Below the pieces are notes generated by a model that worked only from the letters and a program-made list of their open reading frames with translations, was not told the origin of the DNA and did no database searches. A program made the position numbers and the translations under genes. From positions 3,456,001 to 3,520,000 of the forward strand of contig OZ244587.1 in NCBI GenBank assembly GCA_965218095.1: 64,000 nucleotides of DNA, written 5' to 3'. Shown here piece after piece: positions 1 through 10,675 of this stretch (its first letter is position 1; every line of letters starts with the position of its first letter). This DNA comes from Candidatus Poribacteria bacterium (GTDB taxonomy: Bacteria > Poribacteria > WGA-4E > PCPOR2b).

Positions 1-3
1 CGA

Positions 4-312
4 TCATGATGTCCCCTCCTTGATCCGAACTTTCCCTCCGTAAAGGTATTTGTCCAAGTTCACTGATAAATCCGCTGGTGCTTCGGAACTATACCCTTCC
101 ATCTGATAAACCGGGTCTTGTGTCATATCAAACGATTCTCCCAACTCAGGCAAAAGTTGCCGAATCCATTCTTCTGGAGTCCGTCGATTTAACAATTCTT
201 CCACCGAAATCACTTGCTTGCTGGTGCCATGGTAATTCAACTCCTTTCTGATCACGGACAGAAAACACACGAACGCAGCTTTTTTCTCGTACTGCAATGC
301 GTGTTTGCCCAT
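4..312 (-). CDS. small putative antitoxin-like protein (true start uncertain)
   Basis: C-terminal DLSVNLDKYLYG motif resembles antitoxins found upstream of PIN toxins; its stop overlaps (ATGA) a downstream ATG at position 7 with an AAGGAGG RBS that runs off the window. Confidence 0.4.
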   Translation of the reverse strand: MGKHALQYEKKAAFVCFLSVIRKELNYHGTSKQVISVEELLNRRTPEEWIRQLLPELGESFDMTQDPVYQMEGYSSEAPADLSVNLDKYLYGGKVRIKEGTS

Positions 313-545
313 CCGCGACGAACGTTCGTTTGATTGTATGGTAGAACTTATAGCGAGTAAAACGTTTTAGAAGTCGAAAAGTTCAGAGACCGCGATCTTT
401 AGCCCAGGAATTGTCGGTGATGCGTCCAATGTATCTCCATGAACATAGGTTTCACACGCCTGATCTGCAAGCGGGACATTCGGCGTCCAACTTTTATAAA
501 CCTTCACATTGATAGGCATTAAGTTCGATCGGTGGGGCAATATCC

Positions 546-1736
546 CTACTCAAATGGATAAGACGGCAGTAGCTTACTCACGGGTTTATCAACCCGATAG
601 CCGAGCGCGTATTCCGCTTGAATCAACTGATGGATTTCCTGTGTCCCCTCATAAATCAGCGTCCCGCGTGCGTTTCGGAAGTAACGTTCAACAGGGTGCG
701 CGTCACTGTAGCCGTGCGCCCCGTGAATCTGTATGGCATCGTCTGCGGCCTGGAAGGCGTTCCGGCAGTTTGTCCACTTGGCGAGGCTGGCCTCGCGGGT
801 GCACCGTATCCCCTGATTCTTCATCCAGCCGACCTGATAGTAAAACAGCCGTCCGATGTCGCGTCCGGCGACCATGTTGGCGATTTTTTGCTGGACAAGC
901 TGGTGTTTGCCGATGGGCTGTCCGAAGGTCTCGCGCTGCCTAGCATAAGTTACACTCGCCTCAAGACACGCCTCTATCAAACCAACTGCGCCCGCCGCGA
1001 CCATGTAGCGTCCGTTGTCCAGCGCACTCATGGCGATTTTGAAGCCCTCACCTTCCTCACCGACGTGGTTTTCAGCGGGTACGCGCACGTCTTTCAAGAC
1101 GATACCCCCGGTGTTACCGACGCGCCCACCTAACTTGTGGCGGATACTCGAAGTACTCACACCGTCAAAACTGCGCTCGACAATAAACGCCGAGATACCA
1201 CGATGTTTCGCCGCACGGTCTGTGTAGGCGAAGATGATAAAGTGGTCTGCGACATCGGCAAAGCCAATCCACGCCTTCTCTCCGTTGAGGATGTAGGTAT
1301 CGCCATCACGCTGAGCAGTCGTGCGGATATCGACGACATCACTGCCCGCGCCCGGCTCGGTCAGCCCAAACGCCGCTAATTTCTCCCCACGCGCCTGCGG
1401 GACGAGATACTTTTGCTTCTGCGCTTCGTCCCCCCACTGAAACAGCGTCAGCGAATTAAGCCCAAGGTGGACGGCAATTAGCACGCGAAACGCGCTGTCG
1501 GCTCGCTCCAGTTCTTCGGAAACGATGCCGAGGCTTAAGTAGTCCAGGCCCAACCCGCCATAGCGCCGGGGGATGCAAACCCCCAACAGCCCCTCGTCCG
1601 CCATCTTCGGCACAACCTCCCGCGGAAACTGCTGGACGCGGTCCCAGTTGCGCAGGTGCGGCAGAATCTCACGACGACAGAATTCGCGGGTCGAACTGCG
1701 GAAGGTATCGTGGTCCGAGGTTAATGTGAAGTCCAT
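546..1736 (-). CDS. acyl-CoA dehydrogenase
   Basis: AFGLTEPGAGSD, LNGEKAWI, QIHGAHGY and IYEGTQEI motifs; start MDFTLT preceded by a GGAG RBS. Confidence 0.93.
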   Translation of the reverse strand: MDFTLTSDHDTFRSSTREFCRREILPHLRNWDRVQQFPREVVPKMADEGLLGVCIPRRYGGLGLDYLSLGIVSEELERADSAFRVLIAVHLGLNSLTLFQWGDEAQKQKYLVPQARGEKLAAFGLTEPGAGSDVVDIRTTAQRDGDTYILNGEKAWIGFADVADHFIIFAYTDRAAKHRGISAFIVERSFDGVSTSSIRHKLGGRVGNTGGIVLKDVRVPAENHVGEEGEGFKIAMSALDNGRYMVAAGAVGLIEACLEASVTYARQRETFGQPIGKHQLVQQKIANMVAGRDIGRLFYYQVGWMKNQGIRCTREASLAKWTNCRNAFQAADDAIQIHGAHGYSDAHPVERYFRNARGTLIYEGTQEIHQLIQAEYALGYRVDKPVSKLLPSYPFE

Positions 1737-1987
1737 AATTCGCATCTCCGAAAAAGAAGGGTTCACGTCGGTTCGGTAATGGGTTACAATATACCAGATT
1801 TTGCTCTTCTGGTAAACCCAAAAACTCAATTTCTCAACACCTTCAGTCATCGTGAAAGTTCGTTAAAATGTGCGTAACTCCCAAAATCGTGTTATAATAT
1901 TAGTTATCCTGGCGCCAAAAGGTAAGCCTCAACCATTTTGAATGAGGCACATGATCAAGGCGGCTAATCAAAAGAAAGAGGTTGAAC

Positions 1988-2926
1988 ATGAGCCATACAT
2001 TTTCTGGAGGTCGTCGGCTCCGCGATGCGCTATCCGCGGAAACCCCTTTACAAGTCGTCGGAACTATTAACGCCTACTCAGCGTTGATGGCGGAGTCCGT
2101 AGGGTTTCGGGCGATCTACCTTTCGGGCGCGGGCATCGCAAACGCTTCTTATGGCCTCCCAGATCTGGGCATGACTACTCTAAATGATGTGCTGGAAGAT
2201 GTGCGTCGCATTACTAGCGCAACGCAACTCCCGCTTCTGGTCGATGCGGACACCGGCTGGGGAAATGCGTTCATGATTGCCAAAACCATCCGCCAGATGA
2301 TCAAGGCTGGCGCCGCTGGCGTACATATCGAAGATCAGGTGCAGGCAAAGCGTTGTGGCCACCGCCCGAACAAGGAAATCGTGACCGCAGAAGAGATGGC
2401 TGATCGGGTCAAATCCGCTGTCGATGCCAAAACAGACACGGCCTTCGTCCTCATCGCGCGGACCGATGCCGCCGCTGTCGAAGGCCTGGATGCCGCCATT
2501 GAGCGTGCGTGTCGCTATAAGGCAGCGGGTGCAGACATGATCTTCGCCGAAGCCTTGACGGAACTCGATCAGTACCGAAAGTTCGCCGACGCCGTTGGCG
2601 TTCCCATCTTGGCGAACATCACGGAATTTGGCAAGACACCGCTATTCGCCACCGAAGAACTCAAAGATGCCGGGGTTAGCTTGGTGCTTTATCCTCTATC
2701 TGCATTCCGTGCAATGAACGCGGCGGCGCTCAATGTGTATCAAACGTTGCGTCGTGAGGGGACGCAAAAGGGCGTGGTTGATACCATGCAAACACGAGCA
2801 GAATTGTATGAGTTCTTGAATTACCACGAATATGAGCAGAAACTCGATCAGCTCTTGACAGTAGAACGTAATACTAGCTTGTTTGGTGTAGAACGTGCTG
2901 CTAGCTCGCTCAAAAAGGAGGACTGA
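1988..2926 (+). CDS. prpB: 2-methylisocitrate lyase
   Basis: KRCGHRPNK catalytic motif, DADTGWG, adjacent to prpC. Confidence 0.95.
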   Translation: MSHTFSGGRRLRDALSAETPLQVVGTINAYSALMAESVGFRAIYLSGAGIANASYGLPDLGMTTLNDVLEDVRRITSATQLPLLVDADTGWGNAFMIAKTIRQMIKAGAAGVHIEDQVQAKRCGHRPNKEIVTAEEMADRVKSAVDAKTDTAFVLIARTDAAAVEGLDAAIERACRYKAAGADMIFAEALTELDQYRKFADAVGVPILANITEFGKTPLFATEELKDAGVSLVLYPLSAFRAMNAAALNVYQTLRREGTQKGVVDTMQTRAELYEFLNYHEYEQKLDQLLTVERNTSLFGVERAASSLKKED

Positions 2927-4047
2927 TGCAAACTAAAAGAACTGGCGGTCTAGCCGGCGTCATCGCAGGCAAAACCGCAATCGCCACGGTGGGGAAAGAA
3001 GGCGTCGGATTCACCTATCGTGGGTATTCCATTCACGATTTAGTGGAGCATGCGACCTTTGAAGAAACAACTCACTTGCTGATTCACGGGGTGTTACCGA
3101 CGCAAACTGAGCTTGATGACTACAAGAAGAAACTGATTGGGCTGCGCGGTCTATCCGCCGGGCTCAAAACGGTTCTTGAGCAAGTACCGGGTGATGCACA
3201 TCCGATGGATGTCATGCGCACCGGCTGTTCCACCTTGGGGACAATGGAGCAGGAAAGCGAAACGAACGATCATTTTCACATTGCGGATCGGCTCGTCGCC
3301 TGTTTTGGTTCAATGCTGCTCTATTGGCATCATTTTCACGCAAATCGAGCACGCATCAATACCGAAACAGATGATGATACGATTGCTGGACATTTTCTCC
3401 ATCTGTTGCATGGCGAACAATCCGATGAATTGAGGCGTAGAGCCGTTGATGTTTCGTTAATCCTCTACGCCGAGCACGAATTTAACGCCTCAACCTTTGC
3501 AGCACGCGTCGCAACATCTACGTTATCCGATTTCTATTCGGCGATTGTCGCCGCTATCGGTACGCTGCGCGGTCCTCTTCATGGCGGCGCCAATGAAGCG
3601 GCGATGGAACTCATTTCAGGATTTCAGACGCCGGACGAAGCCGAAGCGGGTATTCTGGACATGCTTGCTAAAAGGCAGTTAATCATGGGATTCGGGCACC
3701 GTGTCTACAAGATTTCCGACCCACGCTCGGATATCATTAAAGGGTGGTCGCAGAAACTCTCCGAGGGGAGCAGCGACAAGGTGTTATACGAAATCTCTGA
3801 ACGTATTGATCAGGTCATGTGGCGGGAAAAGAAGTTGTTTCCGAATCTCGATTTTTACAGTGCCTCCGCTTATCATTTGTGCGGCATTCCGACGCCAATG
3901 TTCACACCCATCTTCGTCATGTCCCGGATTACCGGCTGGGCTGCGCACATCATTGAGCAACGAGGCGACAACAGGCTCATTCGCCCGAGGGCAGAATACA
4001 TCGGTCCCGAGCCGAAACCTTTCATTCCGATAGCAGACCAAACTTAA
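2926..4047 (+). CDS. prpC: 2-methylcitrate synthase
   Basis: YAEHEFNASTF, GPLHGGANE, GFGHRVY and FPNLDF motifs; translationally coupled to prpB. Confidence 0.93.
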   Translation: MQTKRTGGLAGVIAGKTAIATVGKEGVGFTYRGYSIHDLVEHATFEETTHLLIHGVLPTQTELDDYKKKLIGLRGLSAGLKTVLEQVPGDAHPMDVMRTGCSTLGTMEQESETNDHFHIADRLVACFGSMLLYWHHFHANRARINTETDDDTIAGHFLHLLHGEQSDELRRRAVDVSLILYAEHEFNASTFAARVATSTLSDFYSAIVAAIGTLRGPLHGGANEAAMELISGFQTPDEAEAGILDMLAKRQLIMGFGHRVYKISDPRSDIIKGWSQKLSEGSSDKVLYEISERIDQVMWREKKLFPNLDFYSASAYHLCGIPTPMFTPIFVMSRITGWAAHIIEQRGDNRLIRPRAEYIGPEPKPFIPIADQT

Positions 4048-4162
4048 AGAGCAAAAGGAAAGGTGGAAGGTTCAGTTCCCAGTTCTCGCCGCAATGGTGT
4101 TGTAGATTGATTCTCTTCGGATGGGTCAAATTCGGCGACGAACCTTTCGAGGGTTTAAACTA

Positions 4163-4969
4163 GGTTCTGTTGACATTTCAAGGGAGCCATATAAGAGTGG
4201 CGACAAAGCTGAGAAATCCAAAATAACGGACAGCTAGCTTCTCAAACCGAGAGAAGATACGACGATACCATTTTATCTTGTTAATGAAACATTCAACCCG
4301 ATGTCTCTCTTTGTATAAGTGTTTGTCATACGTTCTTTGGTCAACACGATGACTTTTTGGCGGTATCACCGCAATCGCTCCATTCGCCTCAATAACGGCG
4401 ATAAAAGCGTCCGAATCGTACCCCTTGTCTCCAATCACATATTCACTGTTATATCCGATTATCAACCCTTCCGCCTCAGTTGTGTCATGTCTCTGACCGG
4501 GTGTCAGATGAATTCTTAGGGGATTGCCTAGTCCGTCAACTGTGATGTGAATTTTTGTACTGAAACCGCCCCGAGAGCGACCTAATGCTTGGTTTTCAGT
4601 TCCACCGTTTTTTTTAAGGCGCCCGCCGCAGACGGGTGAGCGCGGCAGATGGTACTGTCCACAATAAGCGACTCGATATCGGGGTCAGAGGCGAAGTGGT
4701 GGTGCATCTGTGTGAAGATACCTTTGTCGCACCATCGAGCAAACCGCTTGTAGCGGGTGTTCGATTTGCCATAGGTGTCTGGTAGAAGTCTCCATTGAGC
4801 CCCACTACGAGTCACCCACAGAACCGCTTCGACGAAGCGGCGTGTAGCAGCTAGATGGTGGGACAGCTTAGAAGAAACCGGTATATCTTATTCCATTGTT
4901 CATCAGGTAAGGTTATTGGCGTCATTCTTCTATTATGCCACAACCTTATACTCAAATGTCAACAGAACC
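4163..4969 (-). mobile_element. IS5-family (IS427-like) insertion sequence, degenerate
   Basis: 16-bp perfect terminal inverted repeats GGTTCTGTTGACATTT / AAATGTCAACAGAACC flanked by TA on both sides; encloses transposase ORFs. Confidence 0.9.
4178..4925 (-). pseudogene. IS5-family transposase, two-ORF type with A8 slippery site at 4608-4615; N-terminus broken near 4852
   Basis: [36 protein letters not shown] and YKERHRVECFINKIK motifs; early stop/frameshift after about 24 codons. Confidence 0.85.
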
Positions 4970-5003
4970 TAATACCGATGACTCGTTGATTCACCGATCC
5001 ATT

Positions 5004-6293
5004 ATGAAAATCGCCTATATTGCCGCAGGCGCCGCAGGCATGTACTGTGGCACCTGTATTCATGATAATACCTTCGCCGCGGCTTTGCAGAGGAAGGGAC
5101 ACGAGGTTGCTCTTATCCCAACCTACACACCCATCCGTACCGATGAAGCCGATATCAGCATCGATCGCGTATTTTACGGTGGGATTAATGTATATCTCCA
5201 GCAGAAATCGGGGTTATTCCGGCATACGCCCTGGATGTTTGATCGCTTATTCGATAGTCCCGCGTTGTTGAATGGGTTATCGCGTTTTCGTACCTCCACC
5301 AACGCCAAAGCCCTCGGGGCGCTCACCACTTCGGTGCTTCAGGGCGAGGAGGGACGACAGAAAAAGGAACTGGCGAAATTGGTGAAATGGTTGAAAGATG
5401 TCTATCAACCCGATATCCTCCAACTCACCAACTCTATGTTTGTGGGATTTGCGAGGGAAATGAAAAAAGCGTTGGGGGTTCCGATTCTTTGTGCGCTTCA
5501 GGGGGAAGACATTTTTTTGGAAAATCTCACTGAGCCGTACCAGTCGCAAGCACTGAGACTGCTACAACAGCGGGCTTCGGATGTGGACGGGTTCATTGCC
5601 CCTTGCCAATACTACGCCGATTTCATGGCAGGTTATCTGAATGTTCCAGTGGATAAAATTCATGTCGTGCATCTCGGTTTGAATCTGGATGGTCACGGAG
5701 ATCATCAAAAGAACATCAGCAAACCGCTTTTTGTTATTGGATACTTAGCCCGCATTTGTCCTGACAAGGGCCTGCATCTGCTGGTCGATGCGTTTTATCA
5801 GTTGACGGAGCAGATCGGATTGGATAAAATTCGACTCAAGGTTGCTGGCTACCTTGGTAAGGGGGATAGGCATTATTTTGAGAAGATAGTCAAGCAGATC
5901 GACAGATGGGGCGTATCGGATGCTTTTGAACATTGGGGTGAAGTCGATCGCCCTCAAAAAATCGATTTCCTCAACAGCCTCCATGTCTTATCCGTACCGA
6001 CAACATACAAGGACCCGAAAGGACTTTTCGTTTTGGAAGCACTCGCCAATGGCGTTCCAGTCGTTCAGCCGCGACATGGCGCCTTCCCCGAATTGATAGG
6101 AGCGACAGGCGGAGGCATATTGGTGGACGTTGAATCTCCCAGCGCCATCGCGGAAGGCATTCTTCAGTTAATGAATGATCCAAACGAACGAGAAAAACTC
6201 GGTCGGCAGGGGAAGGAAGCGGTGCATCGAGCGTTTAGCGATGACGTGATGGCAGAGGCGACTATGGCGGTTTATCGGAAGTATCTTGCGTGA
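5004..6293 (+). CDS. glycosyltransferase family 4
   Basis: GT-B C-terminal signature KGLFVLEALANGVPVVQPRHGAFPE; N-terminal GAAGMYCGTC. Confidence 0.9.
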   Translation: MKIAYIAAGAAGMYCGTCIHDNTFAAALQRKGHEVALIPTYTPIRTDEADISIDRVFYGGINVYLQQKSGLFRHTPWMFDRLFDSPALLNGLSRFRTSTNAKALGALTTSVLQGEEGRQKKELAKLVKWLKDVYQPDILQLTNSMFVGFAREMKKALGVPILCALQGEDIFLENLTEPYQSQALRLLQQRASDVDGFIAPCQYYADFMAGYLNVPVDKIHVVHLGLNLDGHGDHQKNISKPLFVIGYLARICPDKGLHLLVDAFYQLTEQIGLDKIRLKVAGYLGKGDRHYFEKIVKQIDRWGVSDAFEHWGEVDRPQKIDFLNSLHVLSVPTTYKDPKGLFVLEALANGVPVVQPRHGAFPELIGATGGGILVDVESPSAIAEGILQLMNDPNEREKLGRQGKEAVHRAFSDDVMAEATMAVYRKYLA

Positions 6294-6380
6294 AACGTAA
6301 AACGTGATGCGTAAGACGTATTGTGTAAACGAACTCTTGAACCAATAAACCCTTGAACTCATGGAGAGGAGGATTTTTAG

Positions 6381-6857
6381 ATGCGTATGACTTGGCTCAT
6401 CTTCGCCTTAATGACCGTCGCCTCGTGGGGGCTTTACGGTGTCTTTCTTCATACGGGACAGGTGTCCATGAGCGATCCGGTTCATGGACGTTACAAAGCC
6501 TTTCTTTTCGTCGGGCTCGCTTATTTGTTGACAGCGGTTATCGGGTCAGCGATCATGTTGGTCGTCAACGGCGCCGCATGGAGCTTCCCGGCGAAGGGGA
6601 TGGTATGGTCAACCTTCGCAGGACTTGTCGGTGCGGTGGGGGCGTTCGGCGTCCTATTGGCGTTTGGCGCGAGAGGTACCCCGCCTGTGGTCATGTCCAT
6701 CGTTTTTGCCGGTGCACCGATTGTCAATGCGATTGTTGCGACAGCGTTGCATCCACCTGCGGGAGGCTGGGGAAGTTTACGTTGGCAGTTTATCCTCGGC
6801 ATTCTGTTAGCGGCAATTGGCGGCTGTCTGGTGACGCTCTATCGGCCGGGGTCGTAG
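6381..6857 (+). CDS. small integral membrane protein (DMT/EamA-like half)
   Basis: about 5 hydrophobic helices, GGAGG RBS, SWGLYG N-terminal motif. Confidence 0.75.
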   Translation: MRMTWLIFALMTVASWGLYGVFLHTGQVSMSDPVHGRYKAFLFVGLAYLLTAVIGSAIMLVVNGAAWSFPAKGMVWSTFAGLVGAVGAFGVLLAFGARGTPPVVMSIVFAGAPIVNAIVATALHPPAGGWGSLRWQFILGILLAAIGGCLVTLYRPGS

Positions 6858-7149
6858 GCAGCCTTGTGGGAAGGTGTTTTAGCTATGAGAAAGGTTGACT
6901 TCTCGACAGGGGGTACCTTTCAAAGAGTTGCTAAGTGCTAGCAAAGCTGGAGAACCTCATTCTCAGAACACCAGACTGACGCGAATTTCTGAGATAAAAT
7001 CCGCGAAAATCGGCGAAATCAGCGGATAATTCAGTTTTTGCTCTGTAGATGATGCGAGAGATAAGTAAGAGATTAGTAAACGTTCAGGTGGTAGACCATT
7101 CCAAAGCCTCCTCCCTTGTACCTCAGAGATCCGTTCGGTTGACTCCAAC

Positions 7150-7563
7150 ATGCCACACGAATACCGTACGAAACGACGAATAGAATTCTCCGACACCGAC
7201 ATGGCGGGCATCGTTCACTTTGCCCGGTTTTTTGTTTTCATGGAAACCACCGAACACGAATTCCTGCATTCCTTGGGAACAAGTGTCGCCACGGAATGGG
7301 AGGGAAACAAGATCGGTTGGCCCAGGCTGGCGGCGTCATGTGAGTATTTCCACCCCGTTAAATTTGAAGATGAACTGGACATCCACCTAACGGTTGCAAG
7401 AAAAGGGGTCAAATCGATCGCCTATCAATTCGTGTTTACGAAGGACGATGTGGAGATCGCTCGTGGTCAAGTGGCGGCGGCGTGCTGTATATGCAATCCC
7501 GGCGAAAAGATAAGAGCTATCCCGATACCCGATTTTATCGCTGACCAAATTGAAGAAGCGTGA
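7150..7563 (+). CDS. acyl-CoA thioesterase (4HBT/YbgC family)
   Basis: FSDTDMAGIVHF hot-dog fold motif. Confidence 0.9.
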   Translation: MPHEYRTKRRIEFSDTDMAGIVHFARFFVFMETTEHEFLHSLGTSVATEWEGNKIGWPRLAASCEYFHPVKFEDELDIHLTVARKGVKSIAYQFVFTKDDVEIARGQVAAACCICNPGEKIRAIPIPDFIADQIEEA

Positions 7564-7609
7564 TGCGTAAAACGTAAATGAATCCCTGAACCCTTGTACT
7601 TCTGAACTT

Positions 7610-8278
7610 ATGAACTCCCTCAAAGTCTCCGCGATCTATAAAAACTTCGGGAATGAAGCACATCCCATCGAAGTACTTCGTGGTATTTCGTTTGAAATAG
7701 CTCAAGGACAATCGCTTGCTATTACGGGGCCCTCTGGCTCTGGCAAAAGCACGCTGTTGCATCTGATTGGTACGTTAGACCGACCTTCATCGGGAAAGAT
7801 CGAGATCAACGGTGAAGATCTATTTACGCTGCCTGAACCGCAACTCGCCAGATTTCGGAATCAGGTCATCGGCTTCGTCTTTCAAGACCACCATCTTTTG
7901 CCACAGTATTCTGTTTTGGAAAACGTGCTGATTCCGACCATGGCGTTCAAAAATCGGGATGGGAACGCCGAGGGACGTGCGCGTGAATTGCTGGAAAGTG
8001 TCGGACTCGCCCATCGACTCGATCATCGTCCCGCTGAACTTTCCGGCGGTGAACGTCAGCGGGTGGCTGTGGCGCGTGCGCTTATCAATAGCCCAAGCCT
8101 CTTGCTCTGCGATGAACCCACGGGAAACCTCGATCGTTCTACAGCAAACGCAGTCGCCTCGCTCTTGTTTGAATTGCACAAGGCCGAACGAAACATCCTG
8201 ATTGTGGTGACACATAGCCTCGAACTTGCCCGTCGTTTTGAACGCCGATTTGAACTGGTAAATGGTACAATTGTGTAA
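7610..8278 (+). CDS. ABC transporter ATP-binding protein (LolD/MacB type)
   Basis: Walker A GPSGSGKS, LSGGERQRVA, DEPTGNLD. Confidence 0.95.
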   Translation: MNSLKVSAIYKNFGNEAHPIEVLRGISFEIAQGQSLAITGPSGSGKSTLLHLIGTLDRPSSGKIEINGEDLFTLPEPQLARFRNQVIGFVFQDHHLLPQYSVLENVLIPTMAFKNRDGNAEGRARELLESVGLAHRLDHRPAELSGGERQRVAVARALINSPSLLLCDEPTGNLDRSTANAVASLLFELHKAERNILIVVTHSLELARRFERRFELVNGTIV

Positions 8279-8321
8279 GGAATAAACTAACTTCGATTGA
8301 GATTAATTTGGAGGGTTCGCC

Positions 8322-10045
8322 ATGTCTGTAGATTCTTTGACTCTATGTGATTTTTCCTTTCAAAAGCCGACCGGCGGGACGTTGTTGGATACGTCCTCTA
8401 ATCAGAATCACGGTCAAATTCATAATACGACGTGGGAAACGGTCAATTCACATCAATACAGCTTGTCATTCGATGGTTCAGGTTTCGTGCGAGTGCTACA
8501 CCATAAATGCCTCAACCTGTTCGACCCCTTCACGATTGAGGTCTGGGCAAAGGGAACCGGGACCTCACTCAGTTGGCGGGAGATGACCTCCGGAGATCCA
8601 CCGACTCGCGATCTCTATTTTCAAGTCGTTGGCGAATGTGTCTACTTCGCGACGAATACAGATATTCCCCATCCCGAAAAGCGTCGTCGCATCGCACATC
8701 ATCTGATTACCGGCTCTGTTGATACGAACGGGGAAAACTGGACAATACGTGAACATCAGTTCACTCCCTTTTCGCTGATTGAGCCGAAGATGTAGGTCGT
8801 CGGCGATCAGATTTATTACAACTTCTTCGCCCTTGACAAGTCACAGCTAGATGTCACAGGTACTGGCCGCATGGGAGAATTCTACACGGCACGTTCAAAT
8901 CTGGACGGGAGCGATTTTCAGGCGAAACCGCGATTGACGCCAGAGGAATTCGGGCGACGTACTGAACAGAGTTGGTTACAGGTTGTTGGCGAACAGATTT
9001 ACCACGCCTATGTGAAGATGGATGAACACGGAAAATGGCAGTTGTGGACAGCGCAGTCGAATCTAGACGAAAGCGGTTGGCGAACTGTTCAGCGGACAAC
9101 AGAGGGCGGTTGGATTCCGCGCTTTCAAGCGACAACTGATGGCATTTACTACTACTATGGCTGCTATTACAAAACGCACCCGCAGGATACCTTCTACATC
9201 GCAAGATCGGATTTTGACGGGCGCAATTGGCAGGAGATCGCTAAGATTCACGATGAATTCGCTTTTCCTTGGGGATGGTTACTCGTCGCGAATGAGTTGA
9301 TTTATGTAACATACGCTGTGCTAGACAACGATGGAATTGCCTGTTTTCACACCGGACGCCTTGACGTCAATGGTGACCGGCGTCAATTTATCAAGCGAAC
9401 CGACCATTCGACCGGTGCCGGTCCCGGACACATTCGAATCATGGGAAACAGCCTTTATTACTGCTATGGGAAGCTCAAAACGTCCGAAACACCCACGCAG
9501 TTTTGGCTTGCAGAATCCGATCTGGATGGCGGAAATTGGAGGATAGAACCGATCGCCGACCCCAATGTTCGCCATCTCATGAATTACAGTGCCTTCCAGA
9601 TGGTCGGCGGAAGAACCTACTGGTCAGCCAACCGTGCACCGGATCTCTATCGTGATCAGCAAGTCGTTTTCGGAACGTCGGGCTCAAACCTCGTTAACAA
9701 AGATGGCGCATTCGGGATTGGTCTGACCGAAAAACAGCGTGCAAGGGGATTCATTAACTGTGGACAGGGGTATTTAAACCGCGGTGAGACGATAGATGGT
9801 TACACCGTTATGTGATTGAGACGGAGGTTGATGACGATTGGCATGCTTACGTGATGTCATTTGACGGAAGAGCGCTGACATTTTGGATGGACGGCGATGT
9901 TGTGGGAAAGAAATTGGTCGATGTCCCTGTTGAGGTGAATGAGGCACCAATGGTAATCGGCGAGGGTTTCATCGGTAGCGTTGCGCGGGTGTCTATCCGA
10001 AAGAGAGTGAACGTGGGGAAATTCCCGAAACCCGTGTTGAGATAG
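8322..10045 (+). pseudogene. LamG-like domain interrupted by a beta-propeller-like repeat region; in-frame TAG at 8793-8795 and frameshift near 9812
   Basis: LamG halves SLSFDG...FTIEVW and WHAYVMSFDG...FWMDG; repeated QVVG(E/D)xxY and SxLDGxxW motifs continue in frame across the TAG. Confidence 0.7.
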
Positions 10046-10047
10046 AC

Positions 10048-10642
10048 TTGAGGTGTTCGTCAAATGGAAATTGTATGATTCAGAACCTGATATATCAGTA
10101 TCGAATCGTGCGAACATTTCAGCTACTGGTCAATGGTTTGGAGGGGCAATATCTCCCCGAAGATATGGACGCTAGCTTTTTCGATTACTTGACTGCAGAC
10201 GGGAAGATTGATATGCGACCCCTACTGGCGAACTTCCGCAACTCCATCGCTCGCGCGGGGTATCGCATCCTCGAAGTTCCAGAAATCCCTCAGGAGTTCG
10301 TCAGACAATACCTGTTGTTTGCCTATCTCAATGCCTTTGTGCGACAAATTCGTGGGTTCATGTATGTCGAGGTCAGAACTGGACGGGACAGATGGTTCTG
10401 ATCATCCTGCACAGTGGCGAGAAGTACATCGTCGAGACCAAGATCTAGGGTGGCAAAAGCCTCTATCAAGCGGGCAAGGGTCAACTGGCTGTGTATCTCA
10501 AATCCGAAGGCGCCAAGGAGGGATACTACATTGTGTTTGATCGCCGCCAGAAGCCCGGGTTGAAGAGGAAGTGATCGACAGCAAAGCGATTGTGAGTTAT
10601 TGTATTCCTGCGGTGCAAAAAAGACCGTCTAATGAAACCTGA
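10048..10642 (+). pseudogene. C-terminal remnant of an ATPase-associated PD-(D/E)XK-like protein
   Basis: EVRTGR..., then a frameshift to LIILHSGEKYIVETKI*...QLAVYLKSEG...GYYIVFD; lacks the N-terminus. Confidence 0.6.
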
Positions 10643-10675
10643 TGCGTCAATCCTAATGGCCTAATACCTCTTCTC

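Noticed and set aside
4935-5003. N-terminal extension of the glycosyltransferase given by the ORF track
   Set aside because: It is read largely from the IS terminal repeat; the family-like start is MKIAYI at 5004.
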